A stretch of DNA of 64,000 nucleotides. It comes from Octopus vulgaris. Its lineage: Eukaryota. The first letter of the stretch is position 1; the number at the start of each line of letters is the position of its first letter. The position numbers and the translations under genes were made by a program. Positions 37,106-50,800 of this stretch are shown piece after piece. Below the pieces are notes generated by a model that saw only the letters and a list, made by a program, of their open reading frames with translations, had not been told where the DNA came from and did not search any database. The stretch is taken from assembly GCA_951406725.2 (NCBI GenBank), contig OX597820.1, positions 20,832,001 to 20,896,000 of the forward strand. The letters are read 5' to 3'.

Positions 37106-38289
37106 CTTGAAATAAAGAAAACGTTTTTGTTATTAAATAACAGTAATGAACAATAAATTTCTACTATAGGCACAAGGCCTGAAATTTTGTGTGGGGTGGG
37201 GTGTCACATAATTAGCACCTGTGCTGGTGGCACATAAAAGCACCTTTCGAGTGTGGGGCATTGTGGAGGCAATGACAAATGACCGACACTTTGGCAATAT
37301 GCTGTGCTTGAGAAGAAGACCCATCAAGTCAAGTGATATTGTAGCCGTGGCAGTTATTGATGTCATACACAAATGGCACGTGTGCCGGTGGCATGTAAAA
37401 GGATTCATTGCACTCTTGGATTGGTTGGCATTAAGAAGGGCATCCAGCCATATAAACCATGCCAAATCAGACTGGAGTCTGGTGTCAGCCCTGATCTTGT
37501 CTCAACTTGCCAGCTCTGGTCAAACCAACCAACCCACATAAAAGCACCCAGCACACTTTGTAAAGTGGTTGGCGTTAAGAAGGGCATCCAGCTTTAGAAA
37601 CCATACCAAATCAGACAGGAGTCTGGGGCAGCTCCCCAGCTCTGGTCAAACCGTCCAACCCATACCAGCGTGGACAACAGATATTTAAGGATCACACACT
37701 CACACACACAAACAGTAGAACCATAGTTTATGATTTCAATTCATTCCAGAAGCTGCTCATTACCCAAAATGTTTGTGAACTGAAACTATGTTCTCCATAG
37801 GAAATTCAAGAGATGCACAGTGAATTCATGCAGGGATGTGCACTGAATGAAAGATAAACAGCAACTTATACCTCTCCTGCAGCTACACCCAGCTTGTGGC
37901 CAAGCCTTGTTGCTGTCTTGCAAATTCGTTATCTGAGACACCACTTGCCACCTGAAACATTTTATGTTCGAAAAATTGTTTATGAAATAAGGTATGTGAT
38001 ATATACATAGATCATCACACCTCATCATCATTTAACATCTGCCCTCCATGCTGGCATGGGTTGGACAGTTTGACAGGAGCTAGTCAGGTAAAAGACTACA
38101 CAAGACTGTGTCTGTTTTGGCATGGATTTTATGGCTGGGTGCTCTTCCTAACACCAAATACCCCACAGAGTGAAGTGAGTGCTTTTTACATGGCACAAGC
38201 ATAGGTGAGGTCAGTTTTGGCATGGCTTTACAGCTTGATGCCTTTCCAAATGCTACCTACTTCACAGTGTGAACTGGATGCTTTATATA

Positions 38290-38566
38290 TATATAAATTT
38301 AAAATAAGGGTGAAAAATTGAATATTAATTTGATTAATATTAATTTAAAACCAGTGGTCTAACATATAGAAAAATCCGAAGATTCAGAAAAATTATATAA
38401 CATACATATAAGAGGGATAACCACTAAGTGGACATCCATTATACTAGAAGTAGACCCCCTATGGTCTTACCACTAAGAAAGGAATGTTCTGAAGAAAACT
38501 TTAGCAAATGCCATAGGGGTTGACTTCTAGTGTATGGATGTCCACTTAGTGGTTATCCCTCTTATA

Positions 38567-38572
<6 letters not shown>
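38290..38572. repeat. Asymmetric hairpin element in (TA)n; relative at 52953-53110 in opposite orientation
   Basis: Inverted arms about 38405-38464 and 38511-38568; AT-rich side 38290-38420 is the reverse complement of about 52980-53110. Confidence 0.65.
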
Positions 38573-38626
<54 letters not shown>

Positions 38627-39607
38627 TACATACACACATGAAGGGGTGCTGAAAAGTTCCTGGCTTTGGGTAAAAGAAAATACAAGAAGATAAGTTAATT
38701 ATGATTTTATTCAACATATTCCCCTCTCAGATTTGACCTTTTATTGCAGTGGTCCTTCAGGTTCTCTAAACCCTGTAAAACAACTCAGAAGGTTGGGCTT
38801 CCAACCAGACCTTTCATGATACCCTTAAAGCCAGGAATGTTTCAGCACCTTCTCATGTGTACACACACACACATTTACATACACATATATAAGTGTGTAC
38901 AAGAACAGTCCATTTGACAAGCTTCCTCTGGCTTCTGTCAACCTAGTTCTACTCAATGTATTTAGGTTGACCTCTGACTGTGAAAAAAAGATATTTGTCC
39001 AAGCTATCACTCAGTGAGATGAAGCTTGACATTTCGTGACTGCAACACAAATGTCTTAACAATTTGTTTTACACTTCGTCAATCAGGCATAAAACAGTGT
39101 CGCACATACAATGAAATATGTAAGCCAGTCATACAATAAATGATTCGTACTAGTTTTGTAATATAAGGCATTCATCTATCATAACCTATACTGTAAACAA
39201 AATCATATAGGTACAGACATGGACATGAAGATAAAAAGTTCACAGTGTAACGATGTGATTTTGAGTTCAGTTCCACTGTGCAGTATCTTGAGCAAGTATC
39301 TTCTACTATAGAAGATACCACTAATGCCTTGTGAGTGAATTTGATAGATGGATAATGTGAGGAAACCTGCTATGTATGTATGCATATGTGTATGTATGTA
39401 TGTGTGTGTGTATGTTTGTGTATGTATGGATGGGTGTGCATGTGCATGTATATGTATGTATGTATGAATGTGTGTGTGTGTATGTGTGCATGTCTTTTGT
39501 GTTTGTTGTCACCATCTCTGCACAACTAGTGTTGGTTTGTTTATGTCCCTGTTACTTAGAGGGTTTTATGCATGATAAGATCACATTTGTATAAAACATG
39601 GATTTAC

Positions 39608-39689
39608 CTCTCTTGTCCTGCAGTGTCCCACAGTTGCAAAGCAAACAAATGGCCACCAACCTCAATGGATTTTATTCGGAAATCAACAC
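39608..39689 (-). CDS. Rab-like GTPase exon with G3 (GVDFRIKSIEVGGHLFALQLWDTAGQER)
   Basis: AG/GT boundaries; phase 1 to 2; WDTAGQE motif. Confidence 0.93.
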
Positions 39690-40449
39690 CTGGACATGCA
39701 AATGAATGAATGTTTATTAGCTTAGATTTAAATCTTGAAGAATTCATTTTTTTGGTTTAGAAATTTATTTTTCTATTACAGTATTCATAAATGGTAAAAA
39801 GTAAATCTCCTTCCTGAGTGATATAGACTTATAAGGGCCAGTTTTCCAGTTTCCATAGAAGCAAAGTGGCTAATACCAGTGGCATGTGGAAAGCTCCTCT
39901 CAAGTGTTAGGCCACATGGAGGTAATGAGCAAGACTTTCGGTATTATGTTGTGCTTGAGAAGAAGACCTATCAAGCCATGTAAAATCACAGTCGTGGCAG
40001 ATGCTGGTGTCGTGCAAATGGCACCCAAGCTGGTGGCACATATAAGCACCCATTACACTCTCAGAGTGGTTGGCAATAGGAAGGACATTGAGCTATAGAG
40101 ACTTTGCCAAATCAGAGTGGAGTCTGGTGCAGCCTTGGTCAAGCCATCCAACCCATGCCAGCACGGACAACAGACGTTAAATGATGATGATGATAATGAT
40201 GATGATGTATTCCCCACCTGGATGGGAAGCCAATCCGTCGCAGAATTACTCATTTTTGCCAGCTGGGTGGACTGGAGCAATTTGAAATGAAGTGTTTTGC
40301 TCAAGAACACAACGCGTCACCCCGTCCAGGAATCGAAACCACAATTTTACGATCATGAATCCAACATCCTAACCACTAAGCCATGTGCCTCCATGTTTAT
40401 GAATAAATATTTAAAATAGAAAACAAAACAAAAAAAAGACAGAATTTAC

Positions 40450-40567
40450 CTATTGTTGCAGCAAATGTTGGTTGAAAATCATCATGGCAAAATCGATGAA
40501 TGAAACTGCTTTTCCCAACACCTGAGTCACCTACAAAAACTATCTTGAACACTCTTTCGGGTGTTTT
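40450..40567 (-). CDS. Rab-like GTPase exon with P-loop ([39 protein letters not shown])
   Basis: AG/GT boundaries; phase 0 to 1; resembles CRACR2A PDRLFKIVFVGNSAVGKTSF..RFC. Confidence 0.93.
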
Positions 40568-40842
40568 CTAATAAATGAGAGAAAGAACAAAATTAAATAA
40601 AATAAAATAAAATAATATTTGAAATATTACTCAAAAATAATTTCATTTTAAACTTTTGACTGTTATATTACAGCTTATTCAGAAGATGTAGCTGTGTGGT
40701 AAGAAGCTTGCTTCTCAACCACATGGTTCTGTGTTCAGTTCCACTGCATGACACCTTGGGCAAGTATCTTCTACTATAGAATGTAGGCTGACCAAAGCCT
40801 TGTGAGTGGATTTGGTAGACAGAAACTGAAAGAAGCCGAAAT

Positions 40843-41240
40843 AGGCGAGCTGGCAGAATTGTTAGCACGCTGGGTGAAATGCTTAGCAGTATTTCATCTG
40901 CCGTTACGTTCCGAGTTCAAATTCTGCCGAGGTCAACTTTGCCTTTCATCCTTTCAGGGTTGATAAATTAAGTACCAGTTACGCACTGGAGTCGATATAA
41001 TCGACTTGATCCCTTTGTCTGTCCTTGTTTGTCCCTTCTATGTTTAGACCCCTGTGGGCAATAAAGGAAAAGGTATTTTGTCTGCCGTTACGTTCTGAGT
41101 TCAAATCCCGCCTAGGTTGACTTTGCCTTTCATCCTTCCGGGGTCGATAAATTAAGTACCGGTTATGCACTGGGGTCGATGTAATTGACTTAATCCCTTT
41201 GTCTGTCTTTGTTTGTACCCTGTAGGCAATAAAGAAATAA
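40843..41240 (+). mobile_element. SINE family B (partly duplicated) inserted inside a SINE A-like copy (40685-41497)
   Basis: Host sequence gaaactgaaagaagcc resumes as gaaactaaaagaagcc after the insert. Confidence 0.7.
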
Positions 41241-41710
41241 GAAACTAAAAGAAGCCTGTAGTGTGTATGTGTGTGTGTGAAGTGTATGTATGTGTTTCTG
41301 TCTGTGTTTGTCCCTCCACCACCACTTGGCAACTAGTCATCCCCGAAACTTAGTGGTTCAGTAAAAGATTCCAACAGAATAAGTACCAGGCTTGAAATAT
41401 AAGTACTGGGGTCCATTCGACCAAAAATTCAAAGTGATGCCCCAGCATGGCCGCAGTCTAATGACTGAAACAAGTGGAAGATAAAAAAGATAAAAGAGTC
41501 GTTATTTAGAACAAGGGCTACAAAACATCCTGTCCAATGATATAAAGACACTGCAAGTCTGCTAATGTAGACTGGTTCTTCTTTTATTGACACAGAAAGG
41601 ATGAAAGACGCAAGAACTGAAGTGAAATTGCAGAAGACTTAAGGAGTGGGTATTGGTTAGTTCAATCTGTCCTCAAAAGATATGTTAGACTGACAAAAGG
41701 TTGCAAAATA

Positions 41711-42124
41711 CTCTCTTTTACTCTTTTACTTGTTTCAGTCATTTGACTGTGGCCATGCTGGAGAACCACCTTTAGTCGAGCAAATCGACCCTAGAATTTA
41801 TTCTTTGTAAGCCTAGTACTTATTCTATCAGTCTACTTTCAAACTGCTAAGTTACGGGGATGTAAATTCACCAGCATCGGTTGTCAAGTGATGTTGGGGT
41901 ACAAACACATACATACATACATATATATACATACACACACACATATATATATATATACATATATACGATGGGCTTCTTTCAGTTTCCGTCTACCAAATCC
42001 ACTCACAAGGCTTTTGTTGGCCTGAGGCTATAGTAGAAGACACTTGCCCAAGGTGCCATGCAGTAGGACTGAAACCGGAATCATGTGGTTCGTAAGCAAG
42101 CTACTTACCACAAAGCCACTCCTA
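41711..42124 (-). mobile_element. SINE family A
   Basis: Full structure, reverse orientation. Confidence 0.85.
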
Positions 42125-42159
42125 CACAGTGTCATACAAAGGAAAATAAGGGTACTTAC

Positions 42160-42205
42160 AGCAGACTCACCAGCTCTCTCTCCATTGGACACCACCAGGG
42201 AGTTC
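42160..42205 (-). CDS. Rab gene linker exon (NSLVVSNGERAGESA)
   Basis: tttctttgtAG / GTAAGT; phase 2 to 0 fits neighbours. Confidence 0.7.
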
Positions 42206-42449
42206 CTACAAAGAAAATATCAATCAGGTTATTTTAAAGTTGCAAAACGTTAATGGTATATGGAGTGGTGCTTTCTTCAATTACACTGGCAGAATAGTAT
42301 AGTGAATAAAAGAGTGAGTGATGGAAGAATGAATGACGGAAGGTTGAATGAAGGGGTCATATTGCAAGTTTTCATAACGTACATATGTCAAACTATCTGA
42401 CCCATGCCAGCATGGAAAACACCTACTAAATGATGATGATCATAATGAT

Positions 42450-42484
<35 letters not shown>

Positions 42485-43044
42485 CACATATATATATATA
42501 TTCATCATAATCATTTAATGTCTGCTTTCCATGCTAGCGTGGGTTGGACGATTTGACTGATAACTGGCGAACCAGATGGCTGCACCAGGGTCCAATCTGA
42601 TCTGGCAGAGTTTCTACGGTCGGATGCCCTTCCTAATGCCAACCACTTCGAGAGCGTAGTGGGTGCTTTTACGTGCCACCAGCATGAGGGCCAGTCAGGC
42701 GGTACTGGCAACAGCCACACTCAAATGGTGTCTTTTACATACTGCCTGCACAGGAGCCAGTCCAGCAGCACTGACAACGACCTCACTCGAATGTTTTTTC
42801 ATGTGGCATATATATATATATATATATAAATATTTTATAATTATATACATAATTATAACAAGGCATCGGCTTTACGCCTCACCACACACTGCATGAAATA
42901 GATGCTAAAGCCCCCATTACCACCAAAAAATCTCCAAGAATAACACACTATATTGTAGTCGAGCAAAAGAAAAATAATGTATCAGCCAGGTCCAGCTAAC
43001 TGCGTACAAGATTGTGTTTCAAGCTCAAAGTAAAAATATTTTAC

Positions 43045-43088
43045 CTACTTCTCTCATCAGTGACTATTTTTATTTCTACACTGACCTC
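43045..43088 (-). CDS. Rab gene linker exon (EVSVEIKIVTDERSR)
   Basis: ttttaccAG / GTAAAA; ends phase 2 matching the next exon; start phase does not match the upstream exon found. Confidence 0.6.
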
Positions 43089-43370
43089 CTGGTAAAATTA
43101 TTATTGATTTTATCCTTTTATTATAATTAATATTTGAATAAATTTACTCCATCATCGGAACTGTATTACATGCGGTCTAGATCTTAACACACTACACGTG
43201 GGTATAAAAGAAAGATATGAATTCTACTTGGCAGTATATTTTTATGAGTGTGGATGGATATGGTCATAAAATGTCACCGATCGCATGCATATTTTGAGAT
43301 ACTTGTAAATTTATGCTATGGAATATGGAATATTGTCGTTGATGAGAGCAGTAGGTGAAATATTTTTACT

Positions 43371-43600
43371 TTAACCCTTTCATAACTGTATTTATTTTGA
43401 GATGTTCTGTGTTTCTTTCAATTAATTTTAAATATAACAAAGAATTTAGTAAAAATTTCTTCGTTATCATTAAGCTAGTGTTAGGAAAATCAATTGTGAC
43501 TAAGGTTTGATGGAAGATTTTAATTAAGAACTTTTGAAAACAAGACATTTGTACTTAGAGCCAGAGCCGGTTTCAGCCAGGCTGGTAATGAAAGGGTTAA
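43371..43600. mobile_element. piggyBac-like MITE family P2, solo copy
   Basis: TTAACCCTTT...AAAGGGTTAA; reverse complement of units in 14639-15626. Confidence 0.8.
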
Positions 43601-43873
43601 GCTTGAAACACGATCTTGTACACAATTAATCGAATCTTTTTGAATCCTTATTTTTCTTTTGCTCGCCTACAATATAGTGTTTTATTCTCAGAGATTTTAA
43701 GGTGGTAATAGGGGTTTTAAGTACTTCGGTACACACTGTAAAGTGGTTGGTATTAGGAAGGACATACAGCCATAGAAACCATGTCAAAGCTGTTAATGAT
43801 GTTTGACACAGTCTCCTGGCTTGTTGAGTCCTGTTCAATCATCCAACCCATGTCAGCATGGAAGACAATCATT

Positions 43874-43923
43874 ATGATGATGATGACGATGATGATGATG
43901 ATGATGATGATGACGATGATGAC

Positions 43924-43963
<40 letters not shown>
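43874..43963. repeat. (ATG)n trinucleotide repeat, tail of a decayed RTE-type copy
   Basis: About 30 ATG/ACG units after ...caacccatgtcagcatgg. Confidence 0.85.
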
Positions 43964-45068
43964 TATTTTGTCAAATTTTACTGAAATAAATGAATAAATA
44001 AATAAAATAAATAGTTCTAGAACTCTTACATTAATTAAACATGAAAATTTGAATTGAAGAAACGGATTAATAAAAACGCATCTGTTATGAAGCTCTGGTG
44101 ATACTACTTGGTCATATAAAATAATATCTAATTACTTAACTTCATGGCACAATAAACAAATACATAAATAAATATATATATAAATAAATAAATATATAAA
44201 TAAATAAATAAGATTCAAAAGATACACTGAGTTTTGTTTTACTCATTCAAACACTGGAGATTTTATTTTTTACTTGTCTGGTAAAAGACGGATATTGCCA
44301 ATTGATGGTCTTTTGTAACATCAACTAGCTTCTCTCAACAGGGATTTACAGATATATTATATATGACAAACTTTCCTTCTTCAGACTAATTTAATCTATC
44401 ACGAACAAGTAATTAGAGTTTTGTGCATTGCAAATAAACACAATTTCTGATCTCATGGGCAATGTTTTGTTTAACACGAGGTTAACATCATAAATATACT
44501 GTTTTGACATAAATTAAACCCAGTTAAAGGGATATTGGTACAAAACAAAGAAAGGAAGTTGTGTTGTACATAAAATGTATGAAAGATATATTATTAAATA
44601 CTTATATAAGTAAAGATTGGTACAAGCATGCAAGAAAATTTACATCGATAACTGTCATATACATAAATATATCTAAGTCACAATGGTAACAGCTATACAA
44701 AGGTGTTAATAAACTGCTTTATATATGTCTAGACACAGGCATGGTTGTGCAGTTAAGAAGTTTATTTCCCAACTTCTTAATTCAGGTTCTGCCTACTAAA
44801 TCCATTCACAAGGTTTGGGTTGGTTTGGGACTGTTGTAGAAGACACTCGTTCGAAGTGTCACACAGCGAGACGGAACCCACAACTATGTGGTTGGGAAGC
44901 AAACATCTTAATCACACAGCCATGCCTGTGCCTATTAGTGGAAATTATTTAAAAAATATATTTTCAGAACCTTTTGGAACAAGCAGGCAAAAAAAATTAC
45001 ATTGATGACTATCATATATATAAATATATTTAAATCACAATGGTAACACCTACATAAAGGAGTTAATA

Positions 45069-45590
45069 CTGTAAATCCTAGAGCATAGTCTGCCCTTGAG
45101 TATAATACGCAGAGGATTTTTAGGGGGCTGTACCTCTGAAAAACCTAAACCTTGTGTATAATACGCACCCCTTCTCTAACTTAAGTCAAGGAGGTCTATA
45201 AAATGTCCTTGGTTTGTAAAACTGTATACGGTAACGTCCTTTATTATTATTGTATATATAACATAGTTAAAATGTGTAGCTTTTTTGTGCATTTTGTTTG
45301 CAGAAAATAAAGAAATATCAGTAATAACAGTAATAATGTTTAATAAATGTTGCTTATTACAAGTTATGGATGATTCTTTTATGACTTCATTGCTTTCAGG
45401 CTTAGCTTTAAAGTATTTTCACACCCGACATCACAAAATGCGTCTGAATAAACATTGCCGGACAGCAAATAGAGACTCGAACATTGCTTAGAAAATAATT
45501 TTCATTTTTAACCTCGTGTATGATACGCACTAGGGATTTTGACCTTTAAATTTTGGGGAAAAAATGCAGATTATACTCAAGGATTTACGG
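45069..45590. mobile_element. TcMar (Tc2/pogo-like) MITE
   Basis: TA-CTGTAAATCCTAGAG...CTCAAGGATTTACGG-TA; homologous to 11604-12382. Confidence 0.8.
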
Positions 45591-46769
45591 TATACTGGTT
45601 TATATATGACCAGGCATAAGTATGGCTGTATGGTTCAGAAGCTTATTTCCCAACCTCTTAACTCAGTTTCCATCTACCAAATCCACTCACAAGGCTTTTG
45701 GTCAGCCAGGGACTGTAGTAGAAGACAATTGCCTACAGTGCCATGCAGTAAGACTGAACCCGAAACCATGTGGTTGGGAAGCAAGCTTCTTAACAACATA
45801 GCCACATCTGCACCTATAAAAACATATTTAAAAATATTTTTTCATATTTTAAAACTAAACCGTGATATAGATTCAAAGATCATATGTAGGACAAATTAAC
45901 TGGAATAAAGCCTTCAGTAGCATTTTGTATATATCAAAGAAACCCAACAGTAATAACTGGATATTTCTTTTGGTTCTCTTTTTTGTGTCATCTGTATTTC
46001 TATTCATACTTTGAGTAAAAATGCAAAAGACTATTCGTTATTCAATTGTATGTTGGTCATAAAAGAATTTAATGGAAGTATAATTTGTATTCTGTTACAT
46101 GAAAAAAATATAGTATTGTTTGTTGATTATATTTCAAGAGAAAACTTACAGCTGTGCTTGGGGATATGTTTAGAAAAAGTTATATATCAAAATAAAGTAT
46201 TCATGAAGAATAACACAAAATATTCGGATAAAGTAATAAAAAAACACAACAATAAAGTCAATAGATATATATATATAGGCGTGATTGTGTGGTTCAGAAG
46301 CTCACTTTGCAACCTCATGCTTCAGAGTTCAGTCCTACATGCAATATTGTGAGCAAGTGTCTATGCCTTGTGATTGGATTTGGTAGTTGGAAACTGTGTG
46401 GAAACCTGCTGTATGTGTTTGTGTGCACATATTTGTCACCCCGCCCTGCTTGACAACCAGGTTTGATTTGTTCGATCAAATCTTTCAAGGGGGTGCCCCA
46501 GCATGGTCACAGTCCAATGATTGAAAAAAGTGATGGATAAAAGGTGAAATAGAGTCACGCAATAATATAAAAAGATAAAGTTTTTCAGGTTTTTTTTTTC
46601 TCTAGTTTCAGCTCAGAGCTGTGGCCATGCCGAACCACTGCCATTGCATGATATTTAAATAATAAAAGTGCAAATATTAAAACTGAAAAAAATAAAAAAA
46701 CGAAGTGATGCTTCAAAAGAAATCCAATTCCCTTAGCAATGGACATTACAGGAAAGATACTTTACATAC

Positions 46770-46853
46770 TTTTGTGATATCCTCTTTTCATTATTACAAT
46801 ATAAAGCATTTGGGTTCCTTTTTGATGAACGTGTATTTAGGTCTTGAAGTTCT
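46770..46853 (-). CDS. Rab gene linker exon (ELQDLNTRSSKRNPNALYCNNEKRISQ)
   Basis: ccttttctacattAG / GTATGT; 84 nt, open in phase 2 to 2. Confidence 0.6.
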
Positions 46854-47282
46854 CTAATGTAGAAAAGGAAATATTTCTTGCCATTTACTTGAACAATCAA
46901 ACAGGGATGAACTGATATAAACCCAACCTAATTCTTCCTTTATTTTTTATAATCTCTTGCTTATGATATTTTTATATTTGGTTCCATGTATGAATGTTCA
47001 AGATAAATTATTTTTAACAAACTCAAATACACACACACACCAACACAGACAGACAGACACACACACACACCTACACAGACACACACACACACAGAGGCAC
47101 ACCACTGATTTTGGCAACTGTCGATTCAGTACTTCTTTCAATCCAGACATAATTAATCTAAATTTCTTGCAACCATTGTTAATAACATTTTTTACAATCA
47201 TGCCTTCATGATACACACGTTTATTCGCTAGTAAGATACCATGAAGATGGAAACATAACTAAAATAATATAAAGATATATGC

Positions 47283-47680
47283 ACGGGAGTGGCTGTGTGG
47301 TAAGTAGCTTGCTTACCAACCACATGGTTCCGGGTTCAGTCCCACTGCGTGGCACCTTGGGCAAGTGTCTTCTAATTTCGCCTCGGTCCGACCAAAGCCT
47401 TGAGAGTGGATTTGGTAGATGGAAACTGAAAGAAACCTGCCGTATATATGTATAAATATGTGTGTCAGTGTTTGTCCCCCCACCCCAACATCGCCCGACA
47501 ACCGATGCTGGTGTGTTTATGTCTCTGTAACTTAGTGGTTCGGCAAAAGAGACCAATAGAATAAGTACTAGGCTTACAAAGAATAAGTCTTGGGGACGAT
47601 TTGCTCAACGAAAGGCAGTACTCCAGCATGGCCATAGTCAAATGACTGAAACAAATAAGAGAGAGTAAGAGAGAAAAGAG
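47283..47680 (+). mobile_element. SINE family A
   Basis: Full structure. Confidence 0.85.
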
Positions 47681-49559
47681 TATGTGGCTGTTTAAAACTA
47701 AATTTCAATGCCACATGCTAACCCCTTAAAAACCCTTACTTCTTTCACTGCAAAGAATGCAGTGTCCCATTATGAAAAGCACAAAGGTGAATAGTGTCCT
47801 CATCCTTTACAGTAATGCTTCAAATAAAGATCCAGTAGGGGCCTAGAGTCAGGGTTAGATTATCACAAGATTTTAGATTTTGTTTTACATATTTGTGCCT
47901 TCATATTATTATAGTTGAAAGGTTGAGTGAACGTTTCCAAGTTTATAACATGTTTCTAGTGAATAAACAAAACGTGTATCATGAAGGTTTAGTATTAATA
48001 AAGTTATTAAGTAATATTTCACTCTTTTAGGAATTTACTCAGAATTACTTTTGTTAATCTCACTAAATAAACAATCTAGCATCAATTTGCTCAAGTAGGC
48101 CAACATCAAAGACTTATTTAAGCAAGATAAGAATGTGGGTTGCATAATAATATTATGCAAAATGGTTAAACCACTTATTTCTTTATTGCCCACAAGGGGC
48201 TAAACATAGAGGGGACAAACAAGGACAGACAAAGGGATTAATTCAATTACATCAACCCCAGTGTGTAACTGGTACTTAATTTATCGACCCCGAAAGGATG
48301 AAAGGCAAAAGTCGACCTCGGCGGAATTTGAACTCAGAACGTAATGAGATACGAAATACCACTAAGCATTTCACCTGGCATGCCAACATTTCTGCCAGCT
48401 CACCGCCTTAAAATGGTTAAACCACTTTAACTGATAGGAAAGGATACCAAACTTAAATTCTAGCTCAAACTGGTCTACCTAGTGTGCACACAAAGCTAAC
48501 ACAGCTCTAGTTATGATAGGCAAGATATGTATGTACCTATAAGCATTAAATATTTTCTACCTTGTTTACACTAAATTAATATTCCTTAAACCTTTAGTAT
48601 TTAAACTGGCCATATCCAGCTCAATATTCTATCTGTTTTATGTTCAGACTGATCATACCTGTCTTCTCATACCTATCCTACAATGTCATTCTGAAAATAA
48701 ACAATCACGCCATTGAAATCTTAAAGCTACAAGGTAATGCATGAGCAACTCAAAACATTGAAAATAAATAAGCATTACACTGGACAAAAGTGGAAGCGCA
48801 ATGGCCCAGTGGTTAGGGCAGCGGACTCGCGGTCATAGGATCGCAGTTTCAATTCCCAGACCAGGCGTTGTGAGTGTTTATTGAGTGAAAACACCTAAAA
48901 CTCCACGAGGCTCCGGCAGAGTGGTGGTTGCGGTCCCTGCTGTACTCTTTCGCCCCAACTTTCACTCCTTCTTCTGTTGGCCTGCTCACTTAGCCAGCGG
49001 GGTGGCGTCATTTGAAGGCTAAAACAATGCGAAGTGCATTGTGACTAGCGATGTGTAGCAACATCTGATGGCCTGGTCGGTCATGGTGATCACGGTGATC
49101 ACAATTGACAAAGCAATTTGAATGCTAAAGGGTTAATATATCAACATTAAATCTACTAAAATTCACTATTTCTGGGCACTTTTCCCAACGTTTTAGATCT
49201 CACTTCACATATTTCATGTATGCTGATACATTTCTGAATTTTCCAAACAGCAACACATCATTGTTTCTCCATTCATAGAAGTAAAATTATTAATTATTCA
49301 AGCCTTAGTACAATAATTCAAATGGTTGGACCCTGCTACAAAAAACCTTCGGTCTTCGATGTTAACATAACATTCTGCTTGATTATTAATTTTCCTTGAT
49401 CAGACTAATTACTGGTTAAATAAAGAAAATACAGTCCATACTTAGATCTTTTACTATGTAAAAAGTTTTTCACAAACCTATAGTCCATAAACTATATTGC
49501 ATTTTCAACAAATTTCATAAACTAATTCAAGATATGAAGCGAAACAATAAAGTACTCAC

Positions 49560-49637
49560 ATTGGAGTTTTTGGTCGAACATCACAGTTTTGTGAACTATT
49601 TATGCGATCTTTTTCTGACTGAGCAAAATTTTTCTTC
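49560..49637 (-). CDS. Rab gene linker exon (KKNFAQSEKDRINSSQNCDVRPKTP)
   Basis: aattttcAG / GTGAGT; 78 nt, phase 2 to 2. Confidence 0.7.
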
Positions 49638-49685
49638 CTGAAAATTTAATATAATGAAATGATTACTCTGCACAAGTATTATAGT

Positions 49686-49933
49686 ACTCTTTTACTCTTT
49701 TACTTGTTTCGGTCATTTGACTGCGGCCATGCTGGATTACTGCCTTTAGTCGAGCAAATCGACCCTAGGACTTATTATTTGTAAGCCTAGTACTTATTCT
49801 ATCAGTCTCTTTTACTGAACCGCTAAGTTACGGGGACGTAAACACACCAGCATTGGTTGTCAAACAATATTGGGGGGGGGGGGGCAAACACAGACACACA
49901 AACATATACACACACACATACATATACATATAC

Positions 49934-49971
<38 letters not shown>

Positions 49972-50115
49972 GACAGGCTTCTTTCAGTTTCTGTCTACCA
50001 AATCCATTCACAAGGCTTTGGTCGGCCCGAGGCTATAGTAGAAGACACTTGCCCAAGGTGTCACGCAGTTGGACTGAACCCAGAACCAAGCTACTTACCA
50101 CACAGCCACTCCTAT
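49686..50115 (-). mobile_element. SINE family A
   Basis: Full structure, reverse orientation. Confidence 0.85.
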
Positions 50116-50190
50116 AGTCTACTATACAGGTATTATCTGTATTAGTTGAGATTCAGACAATCAGGATTTTATTACAGCTATCTATACAGT

Positions 50191-50354
50191 AGGCACAGGA
50201 GTGGCTGTGTGGTAAGTAGCTTGCTTACCATGGTTCTGGGTTCAGTTCCACTGCATGGCACCTTGGGCAAGTGTCTTCTACTATAGCCTTGGGTTGATCA
50301 AAGACTTGTAAGTGGATTTGGTAGACAGAAACTGAAAGAAGCCCATCATATGTA

Positions 50355-50429
<75 letters not shown>

Positions 50430-50637
50430 TTGTGTGTCTGTGTTTGTCCCCCAAACATCGCTTGACAACCGAATCTGGTGTGTTTACATCCCCGTAACTT
50501 CGTGGTTCGGCCAAAGAGACCAATAGAATAAGTACTAGGCTTCCAAAGAATATGTCCTGGGGTCGATTTGCTCAACTAAAAGGCAGTGCTCCAGCATGGC
50601 AGCAGTCAAATGACTGAAACAAGTAAAATAGAGAGAG
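50191..50637 (+). mobile_element. SINE family A
   Basis: Full structure, head-to-head with the previous copy. Confidence 0.85.
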
Positions 50638-50800
50638 AAAGAAAATGTGTTAATTGCCCTTGGTTAGAGCAACAACATCACTTTCTCTCTCTTCCTCATT
50701 CGCAGATGGAGATCAAGAATCCAAATATTAAGGCGGCGAGCTGGCGGAAACGTTAGCATAGCGGGCAAAATGCTTAGCAGTATTTTGTCTGTCTTTATGT

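Noticed and set aside
47102-47258. Open minus-strand frame as an extra Rab exon
   Set aside because: Weak donor; phases conflict with the flanking phase-2 exons
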